This document shows, in pieces, positions 26,460 to 39,859 of a stretch of 64,000 nt of DNA. Source of the stretch: Eledone cirrhosa. Lineage: Eukaryota. Position numbers and translations under genes: made by a program. The notes beneath the pieces are model-generated. The model worked only from the letters and a program-made list of their open reading frames with translations, had not been told where the DNA came from and ran no database searches. Position 1 is the first letter of the stretch. Each line of letters begins with the position of its first letter. The stretch spans positions 100,440,001-100,504,000 of the forward strand of contig OZ024744.1 of NCBI GenBank assembly GCA_964016885.1. Reading direction: 5' to 3'.

Positions 26460-27009
26460 AATATGGTTTTATAAAGATAACTTCCATTTATTAATATTAT
26501 TAATATTATACTCCAGAAGAAATTCTGTAGAGTGCTTCTAATCTGTTATATATTTAATTTATTGAATAATCAACAAATTAAATAACTCATTGCTTATATA
26601 TATATATAATGTGTGACAGACACACACTCTCTCTCTCTCTCTCTCCAGTCAGCTCCATATCATCTACTTTTCTAAATGTGTGTTGTCAGTGAGCCACAAA
26701 GAACTCCTGGGTCAATAATAACAGGTTTATCTTCTTAGATCTTTGTTGTTGACACAGGAGATTTTTTTCTTTTACAACTTTACGTAAATTACTGGTAACT
26801 AGGAAAAATCCACATTTTAAGCCTTGAGCATTTAAACCAGCCATATCCGGCCACAATTCTCTCACCTCTTTCTGTTTTAAACTAGTTGCAACTGGCCACT
26901 CATGCCGGGGTTAAGATATTGCTCTCAAAATAAATAACATCAAAATCCCATAGATTCAATATTATGTGAGATAATTATGTGAGGTAAAGCCTTTACCATG
27001 GAAATATAA

Positions 27010-27645
27010 TCTATATATAAAATTCTTTGTCTCTGTCTGTTCCTATGCATTCTCAAATGGCTGGACCAAATCAAATTAAATTTTGTATTAGACCCCCGGG
27101 AGTGTCATTATGTAATTTTTATTTTCATTTTGATTAAAACAATATAACGTTTTATCTAAAATAAGCTTTCTATAGTCAAATACAGTAAACGACAACGACG
27201 ACATCACATTTTGTATATCATTTTATGAGATGAAGATGACCAGGTGAATAATTTAATTAGTACCTCATTTTATGAGATGAAGATGACCAGGTGAATTCAG
27301 TTAGTACCTCATTTAACGAGATGAAGATGACTAGGGGAATAAGTTTATTAGAACCTCATTTAACAAGGTAAAAATGACCATGTGGATAATTCAATTAGTA
27401 CCTCATTTAATGAGGTGAAAATGACCAGGTGAATAATTTAATTAGTACCTCATTTTATGAGATAAAGACGACCAGGTGAGTAAGTTAATTAGTACCTCAT
27501 TTAATGAGGTAAAATGACCAGGTGAGTAAGTTAATTAGTACCTCATTTAACAAGATGAAGATGACCAGGTGAATAAGTTAATTAGTACCTCATTTAACGA
27601 GATGAAGATGACCAGGTGAATAAGTTCATTAGTACCTCATTTCAT
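27010..27645 (+). mobile_element. Probable Helitron-type 5' end followed by an approx. 45-bp tandem array (27218-27645)
   Basis: A|TCTATATATAAAA..ctgtctgt..tatgcat resembles the 38190 terminus; repeat acctcatttaacgagatgaagatgaccaggtgaataagttaattagt; no 3' end identified. Confidence 0.5.
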
Positions 27646-28195
27646 ATGTTCTAATCTATTACAGGTGTATAACCTTTTTTATACTAACCCACCTGAAACC
27701 ACCCACACCATTTTCTATAATACAAAACTATTTATATTTATCTAAGAACCTTCCATCATAATGTTTCATTAAGTTATGTTCCAAACACTATTTCATCTTA
27801 ATAAAAGAAGTTATATTAATAAATCCATTGATTTTCTTAAATATTTTCAAAATTATTAGAAAATCAGAGACATTATTTTTCAGTAGAAATATGGTAACGA
27901 AAGAGATAAAATGTTTATATTTATCTAAAAACCTTCCATCACACTGTTATGTAAGATCCTTTATTAAGTTATGTTCCCCAAATCAATTTAATAATAAGAA
28001 AGTTATATTACTAAATCCCTCCAAATTCTTGGTTATTTTCAAAATATTTGACAATTATAGAAATTGTTTTTCAGTAGAAATATGGTAATGAAAGAGTTAA
28101 AGTATATTTATCTAAAAAACCTTCCACCTTAATTTTATCTAAGAAGCTTTATTAAGTTATGTTCCAAACACCAATTTAATAATGAGAAAGTAACT

Positions 28196-30500
28196 TCATC
28201 ATCATAACCGTTTTACGTCCATTCTTCCATGCTAGCATGGGTTAGATGGGTTGTCCTGTTGTGGGCAATGCCAGGTCGGGTGACCATGTCTTGCTCATAC
28301 AGAAATGATTTTGGCTTGACTTCTACAGCTGGTTGCCCTTTCTAACACCAACCTCATTTACAGTGAGAGCTGGGTATTTTTTACTGTGGCGCCTACATGA
28401 CCTCTTTACAGTGTGGACTGGGTGCTTTTCTGTCGTGACACCTCCACTCCCACTTAACAGTGGGAGTGGGTTGTGGCATACTGTCTACATGCTTCAGCTT
28501 CGGCTTGTACCCGTGGGAATTCGGGTCCTCTGTATAACTGTGTAATGCCAGAGGTCTCGGTCCTGTGTCATCGCCTTTGAGAGGTGCAATTGGGCAAGGT
28601 CAGCTTGGTTACTATACTTTCAGAACACCCACCACCGCTGCTAATTTGGTCAGCTAGGTAGCAGAAGCTGTCTACTGTTCTACAAACGCCTCCCAGAATT
28701 TAGTGGTGCTTGTTTCCTGCTTACTGTCCCGGTGCAACTGCTACATGTAAAGCCTACATTTTTAGCTAAACTTCCTGAGATCCCACTACATCTCTTGTGA
28801 ACCCATAGTTTGCATTTGGAGCAGAGGATGGAATTTCTACCTACACCTTTACTATATACTGAGCAAAGCCATTTCCCTGAGGGTATCTGGGTTCTGTTTT
28901 CTCGTCTACTTACAAGGACTTTAGTCTTTGTCAGGTTGACTTTGAGACCCCTTCTTTCTAGGCCCTGCTTCCATGTTTGGAATTTCTTCTCTAGTTCCAC
29001 TATAGATTCAGCTCCGTATACAGAAGTTCCCATGGGTATCAGGTCCTAAACTCCTCTGTTATAACCTGCAATACAATAATAAACAGGAGAGGGCTAAGAA
29101 CATAGCCCTGGTGGACACCGACCTGTATGCTAAATTCCTCGCTAAAGTCATTGTTAACCCTAACTTTGCTGACTGCTCCCCTATACATGGCTTGTACAAC
29201 CTTCATAAGCCACTCATCTATTCCTAGTTTTCTAAGAGTCCACCAGATACCATGGGGCTCTCTGTCAAAAGCTTTCTCCAGATCAACAAATACCAGGTAG
29301 AGCGGCTTACTTTTAGCTAGGTACTTTTCTTGTAACTGCCTCACAAGGGAGAGGGCATCAGTGGTGCTTTTGCCTGGCACAAATCCAAACTGCATCTCAT
29401 TTAGATTTACCCAGTCCCTAATCAACTGTGCTATAACTCTTTCTGTTACTTTAATGACCTGGTCCAACAGCTTGATGCCTCTATAGTTTCCTCTATCTAG
29501 TGCATCTCTTTTACCCTTGTAGCAGTTGACAATGATGCTGCTGGGCCAATCGTATGGTATGACACCTTCTAGTATTACCTGGTTAACAATACGTGTGGTT
29601 ATGGTGTGACCTACCAACCCAGATGCCTTCAGCATCTCGGCAGCTATACCCAATGGACCGGATGCTTTCCCAGTCTTCATATCCTTAATTGCTTTACTTA
29701 CTACACTGCTGCTGACTTGTATTGCTGCACCCTCTATTAGGGTCCACTTGGGGTAGGGTCTCTTTCTCTCATGCATTCTCATTCAGTAATAATTCATAAT
29801 GGCTCTTCCATGAAGCTTTCTTCTGGGCACTTGTCATCCCAGACACACTTCTCTCCAATGATATCACAATTCTCTCTGACACACTGCCTCGCAATCCTGA
29901 ACACCTCCTGCTTCTGGTCCTCACACTGCAAAACATGCTTGAATTTTTTATCCTCCACTTCCCTTCTAGCTAAGTATACTTGTCACCTAGCTTCCCTCCT
30001 GGTCTCTATGTAACGCATCCTACTTCCCCCTTTCTTCCATTGTTTCCATGCCTGTCTCTTGGCCTTAATTGCTTCATCTACCACTAAGTCTCTCTCCTCC
30101 CTGTGGTCTTGCCCCAACCACATTTCTTGTCTGTCACTTTTAGTAAGTTATTTTTAGTAACTCCCAGTGCTTTTCTATATTGAATGTCTCTATCTGTTCT
30201 TCTTTACTGTCATAGGTATCAAGTAAGATACCTTTAAATCTGTTACTGGCTGAGGGGTCTTTCAGCTTCCAGATTTTTCTTCTCCAGGTTACCTTCTGTT
30301 TCCAAGTTCCTCTAGTTCTGACAATGAGGTTGCTGCTGACAACTAAGTTATGTTGGAAGGTACATTCCTCCCCAGGGAATGCTTTTGTGTTTACAACTGT
30401 CCATCTATCTCGTCCTCTGATAAGAATAAAATCTATCTGACCAGAATGCTCCCCTGATCTATAGGTGATCAGCTGGTTGTCGGGTTTTATGAAGTTTGTG
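28196..30500 (-). mobile_element. RTE LINE, degraded with internal deletions
   Basis: NYRGIKLL, FVDLEKAFDR, GVHQG, Cys insert; stops and frameshifts. Confidence 0.9.
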
Positions 30501-30712
30501 TTACATATTGACAGTCATTGGTGTCACAGAATTATAGAAGCCTGAAACCTTCTTCATTTCCGTAGCCTCCACGGACTCTATAGAAGCTGTCACGGTGTTG
30601 CACATGGTGTCTGTTAAAGTCTCCTGCAATGATGTGTTGAAACAGATATTGTTATACTTTGGGAGAGTCATGTTGCCAATAAAGAACAAAGGTGAGACAC
30701 AAAATAAAAACC

Positions 30713-30759
30713 TAGTCACTGAGGAGGTCACAGAATGTGTGACGAAAGAGCTTTGATTA
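30713..30759 (+). ncRNA. Minimal type I hammerhead ribozyme motif (family D)
   Basis: TAGTCA-CTGAGGA-G GTCACA GAATG TGTGAC-GAAA-GAGC-TT-TGATTA; bracketed by inverted repeat 30646-30683/30847-30885. Confidence 0.7.
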
Positions 30760-30896
30760 TATAAACAACCACCCGGTTATCGAACCAACCAACCAACCGG
30801 AAATTTATAATAAATTGAAGTGAAAAAACCAACAGGTGTGTGTATTTTTATTGGCAACATGACCCTCCCAAAATATAACAATATCCATATATATAT

Positions 30897-32525
30897 ATCA
30901 TCATCATCATCATCATCATCGTTTAACGTCCATATTCCACGCTTGCATGGGTTTGGACGGGAGTTTTCCCACTTGAGGCAAGAGTGGTTGTCTTGCTCGC
31001 ATAGGACTGTCTGGCGGGTTTTCTACGGCTGGATGCCCTTCCTAACACCAACCACATTTACAGTGTGGACTGGGAGGTTTTTACCGTGTTGCCTACACGG
31101 CCACATTACAGCGTGGACTGTGTGTTTTTTGTTGTGACACCTACACGACCTCATTTGTTTCGGACTGGATGTTGTGGTACCAACATAACTTTACATTGAA
31201 AGGGGTGGTGTGGATGGGGTGGGGGTAGTGGGACGGGGTGTATTTTGTTAGAGGTGCCTACTGGCTGTAGTAGGTTTTACTATGTATTTAGGTAAGGCGG
31301 GTCTTCTCTGTTACTGAGTACCGCCAAAGGTCTCGGTCCAGTGACATTGTCTTGGAGAGGTGTAAGTGTGTAAAGTCGGAATTTATCAAGTCGTCCCAGG
31401 TTTTTCTAGGTCTGCCTATTCCGTGGCTACCGTCTATCTTTATTGCCCTGCACTTTGTTATACAGCTGTCGTCTTTCATGCGCATCACGTGACCATACCA
31501 ACGTAGCCTTCTCTCGAGTAAACAACATCTGATCCCTCTTATTTCTAATTTTTCCCTTAGTTCGTTTATGCTTTGCCGTTCACGTATATTACTATTACAC
31601 ATCCAGCGGAGCATGCAAGCTTCGTTTCTCTCCAGTCCGCATATATCCTCTGCACACAATGCCCAGGTCTCACTGCCATGCAACATTGCTGTTCGCATGC
31701 AGGCATCATACAGCCTGCCTTTCATTTTTAGGGAGAACCCTTTAGCGGCTAATAGCGGTATAAGCTCTCTGAACTTTTTCCATCCCGTTCTGACTCTAGC
31801 TACTGTACTTTCAGAGCACCCTCCCCCACTGCTGATTTTGTCACCCAGGTAATGGAAGCTGTCCACTATTTCTATTGAACCCTCTGCGCAATTGAAAAAG
31901 CTAGTATTCTGTGGGCACTTGCTGCTACTTATTGTACCAGAGCACTGGCCACATGTAAAATCTATGTTCTTAGTTAGCTTACCTGTGATCCCACTACATC
32001 TTTTATACACCCATACTTTGCATTTGGGACATAAAATGGAGTTTCTACCTACGCCTTTCCTACACACTGAGCATGGCCATTTCCCGGAAGAGACCGGCGC
32101 CTTATTTTCTTTCCTACAAACTAGAACTTTAGTCTTAGCCAGGTTAATTTTAAGGCCTTTTGATTCTAGGCCGTGCTTCGATGTTTGGAATTTCTTCTCT
32201 AGCTCGGCCATTGATTCAGCTATGAGCGTTAGATCATCTGCGTATAGGAGTTCCCTTGGGCAGCCAGCCTTGAACTCCACTGTTATAGCCTGAAGGGCAA
32301 TAATAAATAGTAGGGGGCTAAGAACAGAGCCCTGATGAACACCAACTTTTACGCTAAACTCTTCACTATATTCGTTGTTAATTCTAACCTTACTGACTGT
32401 TTCTTTATACATAGTTTGTATGGCTCTCACAAGCCATTCGTCAACACCTAGTTTTCTAAGAGCCCACCAGATAATGGAGCGGGGGACTCTGTCGAAGGCT
32501 TTCTCCAAGTCGACAAAAGCTAAGT
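30897..32525 (-). mobile_element. Young 5'-truncated RTE LINE (406-aa RT ORF 31288-32508)
   Basis: Very close inverse of 23510-25113; YADD intact. Confidence 0.95.
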
Positions 32526-32955
32526 ATTATTATTATTATTGTCAAACGGATGGATTGGCAGTATCGGTAGAGCGATTGATGCCATGCTTTGAAGCGTCAA
32601 GTTATGACGGTCCTTTGCGTTCTGAGTTCAAAATAAAGTACCAGTAATGCACTGGGATAATTGCTGGCCTTGTGCCAAAAGGTAGAAACAATTATTATTA
32701 TTGTTGGGCGGTGGATTGGCAGTATTGGTAGAGCGTCGGACGCCATGCTTTCCAGCATAGTTACGTCTCTTTACGATCTGAGTTCAAATCCCGCTGAGGT
32801 TGACTTTGCCTTTCATCCTTACGAGGTCGATAAAATAAAGTACCAGTAATACACTGGAGTAATTGCTGGCCTTGTGCCTAAAGTAGAAACAATTATTGTT
32901 GTTTTCATTTATGTTATATCTATAAATACCAGTGCCCTGTATCATGTACACATAT

Positions 32956-33068
32956 CAGTATTCTGATGATTTGGTCGGGTATCGACTGTAATTACGGTCG
33001 AGTGACGAAACTTTTAACGATCAGCAACTTTTAGACTCACTAGACTAATGAAACAATTGTTAATACTG
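32956..33068 (+). ncRNA. Type I hammerhead motif with extended stem II (family E)
   Basis: CAGTATT-CTGATGA-T TTGGTC...GACTAA T-GAAA-CAATTG-TT-AATACTG; perfect 7-bp stem I, palindromic stem III; followed by AATAAA and (TA)n. Confidence 0.72.
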
Positions 33069-33099
33069 TAAATAAACCATGTTATTCTTCATTCTTTTG

Positions 33100-33137
<38 letters not shown>

Positions 33138-33899
33138 TCATCATCATCATCATTTCATTTTACGTCCGCTTTTTCCCTGCTTACAAGGGTGGGACGGGAA
33201 CTGATTCTGGCTTGATTTCTACAGCTGGATGCCCTTCCTAACACCAACCTCATTTACAGTGAGTGCTGGGTGCTTTTTTGCCGTGGCACCTCCACGTCCA
33301 CTCTACAGTGAGTGCTGGGTGCTTTTTTGCCGTGGCACCTCCACGTCCACTCTACAGTGAGTGCTGGGTGCTTTTTTGCCGTGGTACCTCCACGACCACT
33401 TTGCAGTGGAATGATAGGGACGCCAGTCCCTATCATCTCATTTCTACAGCTGAGTAAACTGGAGCAATGTGAAATAAAGTGTCTTGCTCAAGGAAACAAC
33501 ACATCACCCGGTCTGAGAATTGAACTCACATCCTTTCGATTGCAAGACCAATGCTCTAACCACTAAGCCATATGCCTCCATTTATATATATGCACACACA
33601 TCACTTATAAATAAAGTATTTCTACCATGGAGTCATCTATTGTATGGTAAAAGTAATAGCCATGTTACATAAGATAAACAGTTTGTTGTTATTTAGGTGA
33701 CCCAATAAATGTTGATGACAGTAATAGTATATTGTAATGATATTGTTCAAGCAGTGACAGTAATTGGTGTGAAACAGTGAAGTCTGATATCTGTTGTATT
33801 TATATTTTACTACCCATGTCAAGTAAACTTACACATGTAGATCCATCATGGCCGAATGCTTGAGATGTTTGTTTCACATTCATTTGGTCCCAAATTTGA

Positions 33900-34490
33900 A
33901 CCCACTGTGTAGGTGTCACAATAAAAAGCACCCAGTCCACACTGTAAAGTGGTTGTGTTGGTGACATGACAAAAACCACCCAGTACTCACTGTAAAGTGG
34001 TTGTGTTGGTGACATGACAAAAACCACCAAGTACTCACTGTAAAGTGGTCATGTAGGTGACACGACAAAAAGCACTCAGCATAGACTGTAAAGTGGTCAT
34101 GTAGGTGTCATGACAAAAAGCCCCCAGCCCCCACTGTAAAGTGGTTGTGTTGATGCCATGACAAAAAGCACCCTGTCTACACTGTAAACTGGTTATGTAG
34201 GTGTCACAGCAAAAGTCACCCAGTCCACACTGTAAAGTGGTTGTGTAGGTGCCACAATAAAAAGCACCCAGCCACACTGTAAAGTGGTCATTTTGGTGTC
34301 ACGACAAAAAACACCCGGTACACTGTAAATGTGGTTGGCGTTAGGAAGGATATCCAGCTGTAGAATCCAAACCAGAAACAGTCCTATATGAGCAAGACAC
34401 AGTCACCTGACCCAACTTGTCTCAAATGGGACAACCCATCTCACCCATGCTAGCGTGGAAAGTGGACATTAATGATGATGATGATCATGT
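33900..34490 (+). repeat. Tandem amplification of an approx. 47-bp RTE/SINE 3' UTR unit plus tail
   Basis: cacactgtaaagtggtcatgtaggtgtcatgacaaaaagcacccag units; also at approx. 48900-49420, 51220-52040, 63360-63540. Confidence 0.85.
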
Positions 34491-35034
34491 ATAGTATCTT
34501 GAGTAAGTGTCATTTACCATAGCCCCAGGGAAACCCATGTCTTGTGAGTGAAATTGGGTAGATAGGCAGGAGAAATATATATTCTTGAAAGTATTATCAA
34601 GAAAGTTTCAATATTACGAGGGTTAGCTGAAAAATTCTAAGGCTGACTAAGATACTCTCATGGAATGACTAAATGAGGTTTATTTTTCAATAACATAAAC
34701 AATACAGTTATTAATAACAAGATTTGAAATTAATGCATGCAAGATTTCACAGCTCTAGCATCACTCCTTCATAGTCAGCCTAGGAACCTTTCAGCCTACC
34801 CACGTATGTGTGAGTTCATTATTATTACTAGCAGATTGGCGGTGGATTGGCAGTATCGATAGAGGGTCGGACGCCATGCTTTGACGCATAGAGTTACGGT
34901 CCTTGCCATTCTGAGTTCAAATCCCACCGAGGTTTACTTTGCCTTTCATCCTTACGGGGTCGATAAAATAAAGTTACCAGTAATGCACTGAGTAATTGCT
35001 GGCCTTGTGCCAAAAGTAGAAACAATTATTATTA

Positions 35035-35511
35035 CTAGCAGAAAAACCACCCTTTGGGTGGTTTTCTGCTAGCATGTGTAGTGTGTATATTGATATTATA
35101 CGCAAGTATATATACATGTAGATATAATACATCAAATAAAATAGTAATTGACAATATAAAATACATAGAAATTGAACGAAGACTCTGTTACACTGTCTTA
35201 TGCAATCAGTAACGTAATCCATGATACATTAAAAAAGACGATATTATATATAAACTGCATTAGGAGAAAATTAGTGACAGAAATATTTGAATATTTATTT
35301 AAATGATCACTAACCGGAAGTGAAAATGTTAAAGAAGTGAATCTTTAAATAAGTAATAAAATATATTTAATGAACAGCCACGAAATTTAGTGAATAAATA
35401 ATGTAATATTCATTAATTATTTATTCAAAGTAATCCAACTTATTTTACTAATGGGATAACAAATTATAAACTATACGTAGTCCCGCGCTTCTTACTTTAT
35501 TACAGTCTAGA
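35035..35511 (-). mobile_element. Non-autonomous Helitron (same family as 8276-9368)
   Basis: TC...hairpin-CTAG on the minus strand between A and T; adjacent SINE insertion duplicated attattactagcaga. Confidence 0.75.
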
Positions 35512-35859
35512 TTTACCATTGCACCTTTGGTTAAGAAGTTCACATCAGGTCCCAGGCCTGATCACACAGTGTGGTATCTTGGGCCTTGGGTTGACCCATG
35601 TCTTGTGAGTAACATTGGGTAGACAGAAACTGTTTGGAAGACCTATCAGATGGACTGTACCCGCAATTCAAAAGGCCCAGCCTTGTCATACTGAATCTCC
35701 CTGAGAAATACTTCAAAGGTAGATATGTCTGTGGAATACTCACCCACTTACATGTTAATATCATGAGCAAGCTGTACTGTTGAATTTAGGGTGTACGTGT
35801 CTATAGAATGCGCGGCCACTTACATGTTAATATCATGAGCAAGCTGTACTGTTGATTTC

Positions 35860-37375
35860 ATCATCATCCGGCGTCCTCAGCCAAAACCTACTCAACAATT
35901 GATCTCCACATGGGTCTGTCGTTCATTGCCGTTGCCAAGTCCTGGATTTCAATACCACAGTCCCTGGAGATGACATCAGGATAGGAGAGCTAGCACCCCC
36001 CTGTTATTAGTGACTGCTTGTGGTTTCTAAAGCATTAGTGGGAACACTGCCTCATAGGTGACATGATGGCAGTGACCAGCAAATCAGGATAGGAGAGCTT
36101 ACACTCCCATGTTATTAGTGACTGCTTGTGGTTTCTAAAGCACTAGTGGGAACACTGCCTCATAGGTGGCACGATGACAGTGACCAGCAAATCAGGATAG
36201 GAGAGCTTGTGTCCTCTATTATTAGTGACTGCTTGTGGTTTCCCAAGCACTAAAGGGGACACAGCCTCATAGGTGGCACGATGACAGTGGCCAGAAAATC
36301 AGGATAGGAGAGCTTGTGTCCTCTGTTATTAGTGACTGCTTGTGGTTTCTAAAGCACTAATGAGGACACAGCCTCATAGGTGGCACAATGACAGTGGCCA
36401 GAAAATCAGGATAGGAGAGCTTGTGTCCTCTGTTATTAGTGACTGCTTGTGGTTCCTAAAGCACTAATCGGCACACAGCCTCATAGGTGGCACGATGGCA
36501 GTGGCCAGCAAATCAGGATAGGAGAGCTTGTGTCCTCTGTTATTAGTGACTGCTTGTGGTTTCTAAAGTACTAAAGGGGACACAGCCTCATAGGTGACAC
36601 GATGGCAGTGGCCAGCAAATCAGGATAGGAGAGCTTGTGTCCTCTGTTATTAGTGACTGCTTGTGGTTTCCCAAGCACTAATGGGGACACAGCCTCATAG
36701 GTGGCACGATGGCAGTGGCCAGAAAATCAGGATAGGAGAGCTTGTGCCCCTGTTATTAGTGACTGCTTGTGGTTTCTAAAGCACTAATGGGGACACAGCC
36801 TCATAGGTGACACGATGGCAGTGACCAGCAAATCAGGATAGGAGAGCTTGTGCCCCCTGTTATTAGTGACTGCTTGTGGTTTCTAAAGCACTAATGGGGA
36901 CACAGCCTCATAGGTGGCACGATGGCAGTGACCAGCAAATCAGGATAGGAGAGCTTGTGCCCCCTGTTATTAGTGACTGCTTGTGGTTTCTAAAGCACTA
37001 AAGGGAACACAGCCTCATAGGTGGCACAATGGCAGTAGCCAGCAAATCTTACTCTCCTTTTACGTACAGCAACAGATATGTGTGGGAGGCCGGCATATAT
37101 CTTCTCAAAGGCAGATGTCACCAGCTTATGTTCTGAATGTGTTGAAGTAGGTGAGTGTAAGTGTCATCAAGGTGCTTTTATTGTTTGGTTGAAAGCGTCC
37201 ATGTTTCACTTCCATATAGCAAGATTGGTTGAATTGTTACCTGGAATAGTCTGATTTTGGTGTGGTTGGAAAGATTTGAGTGCTAAACTCGATCCATCTT
37301 GTTGCAAGCTGACCATACATGGGCCTTTCTGGTGGCAAAATCCTTCTTAGAGTCCATGATCCAGAACCCAAGATT
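35860..37375 (-). mobile_element. Second RTE-like LINE family fragment with internal 107-bp tandem array (10 units, 35977-37048)
   Basis: Minus strand FAGHCHRATYEAVSPLVL.KPQ...LSYPDVISRDCGIEIQDLATAMNDRPMWRSIVE; (GAT)n tail. Confidence 0.8.
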
Positions 37376-39859
37376 TAAGGGTGTACGTGCCTGTAGAATG
37401 TGCAGCCACTTACATGTTAATATCAAAAGGAAGCTATACTGTTGATTGAACAACTGGAACACTCATCATTGCAACTGACTGAGGCCCATTCTATGAACTT
37501 ACTGATGTGTATGTGGATGAGGGTGATATAAATTTACAGTGAATCGACACTCTATTATATACAATCAAGGATTATATTATAGCAGATTTAACAATATGGT
37601 GACTAAAGAATGTTTGGAATGACAGAGTGTTTAGAATCTTTACAATAAGGTAATTATTATGTGTGTGCCATAAGCTAATAATTTAGATGATTTAGGACTG
37701 AAATGAGAAAGAATTTAAAATTGGGACGCCGAATATGTGGGAGAGAGAAAATATTAAGTCGTTTAACCCTTTATCATTTAAATTACTCTATATTTACTAT
37801 TGTATTTTTATAGTATCTCACATAATATCAAATCTATGGGATTTTGACATTATTTATTTTGAGAACAATACCTTAACATCAGTATGAGTAACCTGGAGAG
37901 AAAGTGGTGAGAGAATTGTGGCCGGATAGAGCCAGTTTAATGATAAAAGGTTAAAACTGGTTAAAGAGAGGTGATAAGTTATCACAGAAATGAGAGGGAA
38001 TTTAAAATGGGTGACACTGAATGTATGAGAGAGAGAAAATATATTAAGTTGTTTAACCCTTTAACATTTAAACCAGTTGTATACAGCCAGAATTCTCTCA
38101 CTTCTTTCTGTTTAAACTGGCTACTCATACTTCTGTTAAGGTATTGTTCTCAAAATAAATAATATCAAAATCTCATAGATTCGATATTATCTATATATAT
38201 AAAACAGATGTCTGTCTGTCTGTCTGTGTGACCGCATGCATTTCTACATTTTACAACCAATTTGCACCAAATTTCATACATAGGTTTCTGAAGCTAGTGT
38301 GTTGTTGTTACATAATCCTAACTTAAGCCGGCTTAGTTTCATGAGACAATATTTTGCATTTAAGCAAAGGTTACATAAGAAACATCGTTAAGTTGTTGAT
38401 ATGTTTCAATGAGAGACACGTCCATTATGGTGTGTGTTTGCTTAGCATATAAGAGGATTATCCTCTTAAAGAACTCCAGCTAAGAGATACTCTAGCCCCT
38501 TTTTCTCTGGACTACATCCTACGTATTTCATCATCTCTATATATAAAACAGAAGATGTCTGTGTAACCGCATGCATTTCTACATTTTACAACCGATTTGC
38601 ACCAAATTTCATACATAGTTTTCTGAAGTCCTATTACGCGTCGTAGGCTAGTGTACATCGATTGCCCCCCCCCCCCTCCAGGGGCAGATAACCCCCTTAA
38701 GCCTCTCGCTTGGAGTCAGCAGTACTACTGCATAAAGGCCCCTTAATTCCTGCAGTTTGCCTCCCATCATCACCAAAATTAATCTTTTGTTTGCTTATGG
38801 CCTACAAATAAATTTGCAGGCATGCACGTGCGCAGAAATTCAGGTAGGGGACCCCTTGGCGGGCAGTAAACCGACTTGATGAATGTTGAAGTTGATATGA
38901 TCAATGCAACAAAACGTCATAACTGCTTGAGTTGGTGTTTGGTTTTCACGAAGCGAGACGTATTGGTTACCCATGGCTTATATAGGAAGGTGAACACATG
39001 AACTTTTACTTGAACTTACCAAGGGGACTGTAAACCCCTTCGACTTATCTATTGAAGTTCACATTAACATTGTATTAGTACCTGATAACTTTTGAAGTTT
39101 ATGTTCGATTTTAACTTTACTGGACACATTGGTTACCCATTGCCTAAAGATGATGTTGAAGAACTGTCTATACCCGGAACAAGCAAGGGGACCCCTAGGG
39201 GGCAGTAAGCCCCGGTGAGTCATTTATTGAATTTGGCTATTGTAATGCAGCAAAGCATCATAGCTTCGATAATTGGTATTCCAATAAAATGAATTTCGAC
39301 TTAGTTGTTATTCATGTACTACAGATGAAGATACAGTGAGGCACATTTACTTTCATTTCAATTCAGCAAGAGGACCCCCTTGGGGACAATGAGCCCAAGC
39401 CATTAACCTATAAAAGTTCAAACTACCACAATAAAAAAGCACCATAACCTCGGAAGTTTATACTTGAGTCTTACAAAAACTAAACGAAATGGTTATTGCC
39501 TGCCATAAGATAAAGCACCACACATGCGTTATCACTTGAATTTTGCAAGGGAAACCCCCTTTGGACCACTTTTAAAGCTCATATTATGGTTGCAGCAAAG
39601 CATTTCAACTTCTGGAAATAAAAGTCAATTTAAACGAAAGTTGACGCATCGGTTACTCATGTCCTACAAATGGAGTAGCGAATTTTTTTAAATCCTCCTG
39701 ACTTAATTTTAGTTTGTTTAGTCAACTTTACGATGATTGAATTTAATTTTGCACCCGGTTGTCTCCCCCGTGTAATTGCACCACAATTAAGTGCAGAATG
39801 GGGAGTTAAATTTTTTTCATTGAACTTTGGCATCATTTCACACTCCTTTTTAAAGAAGG

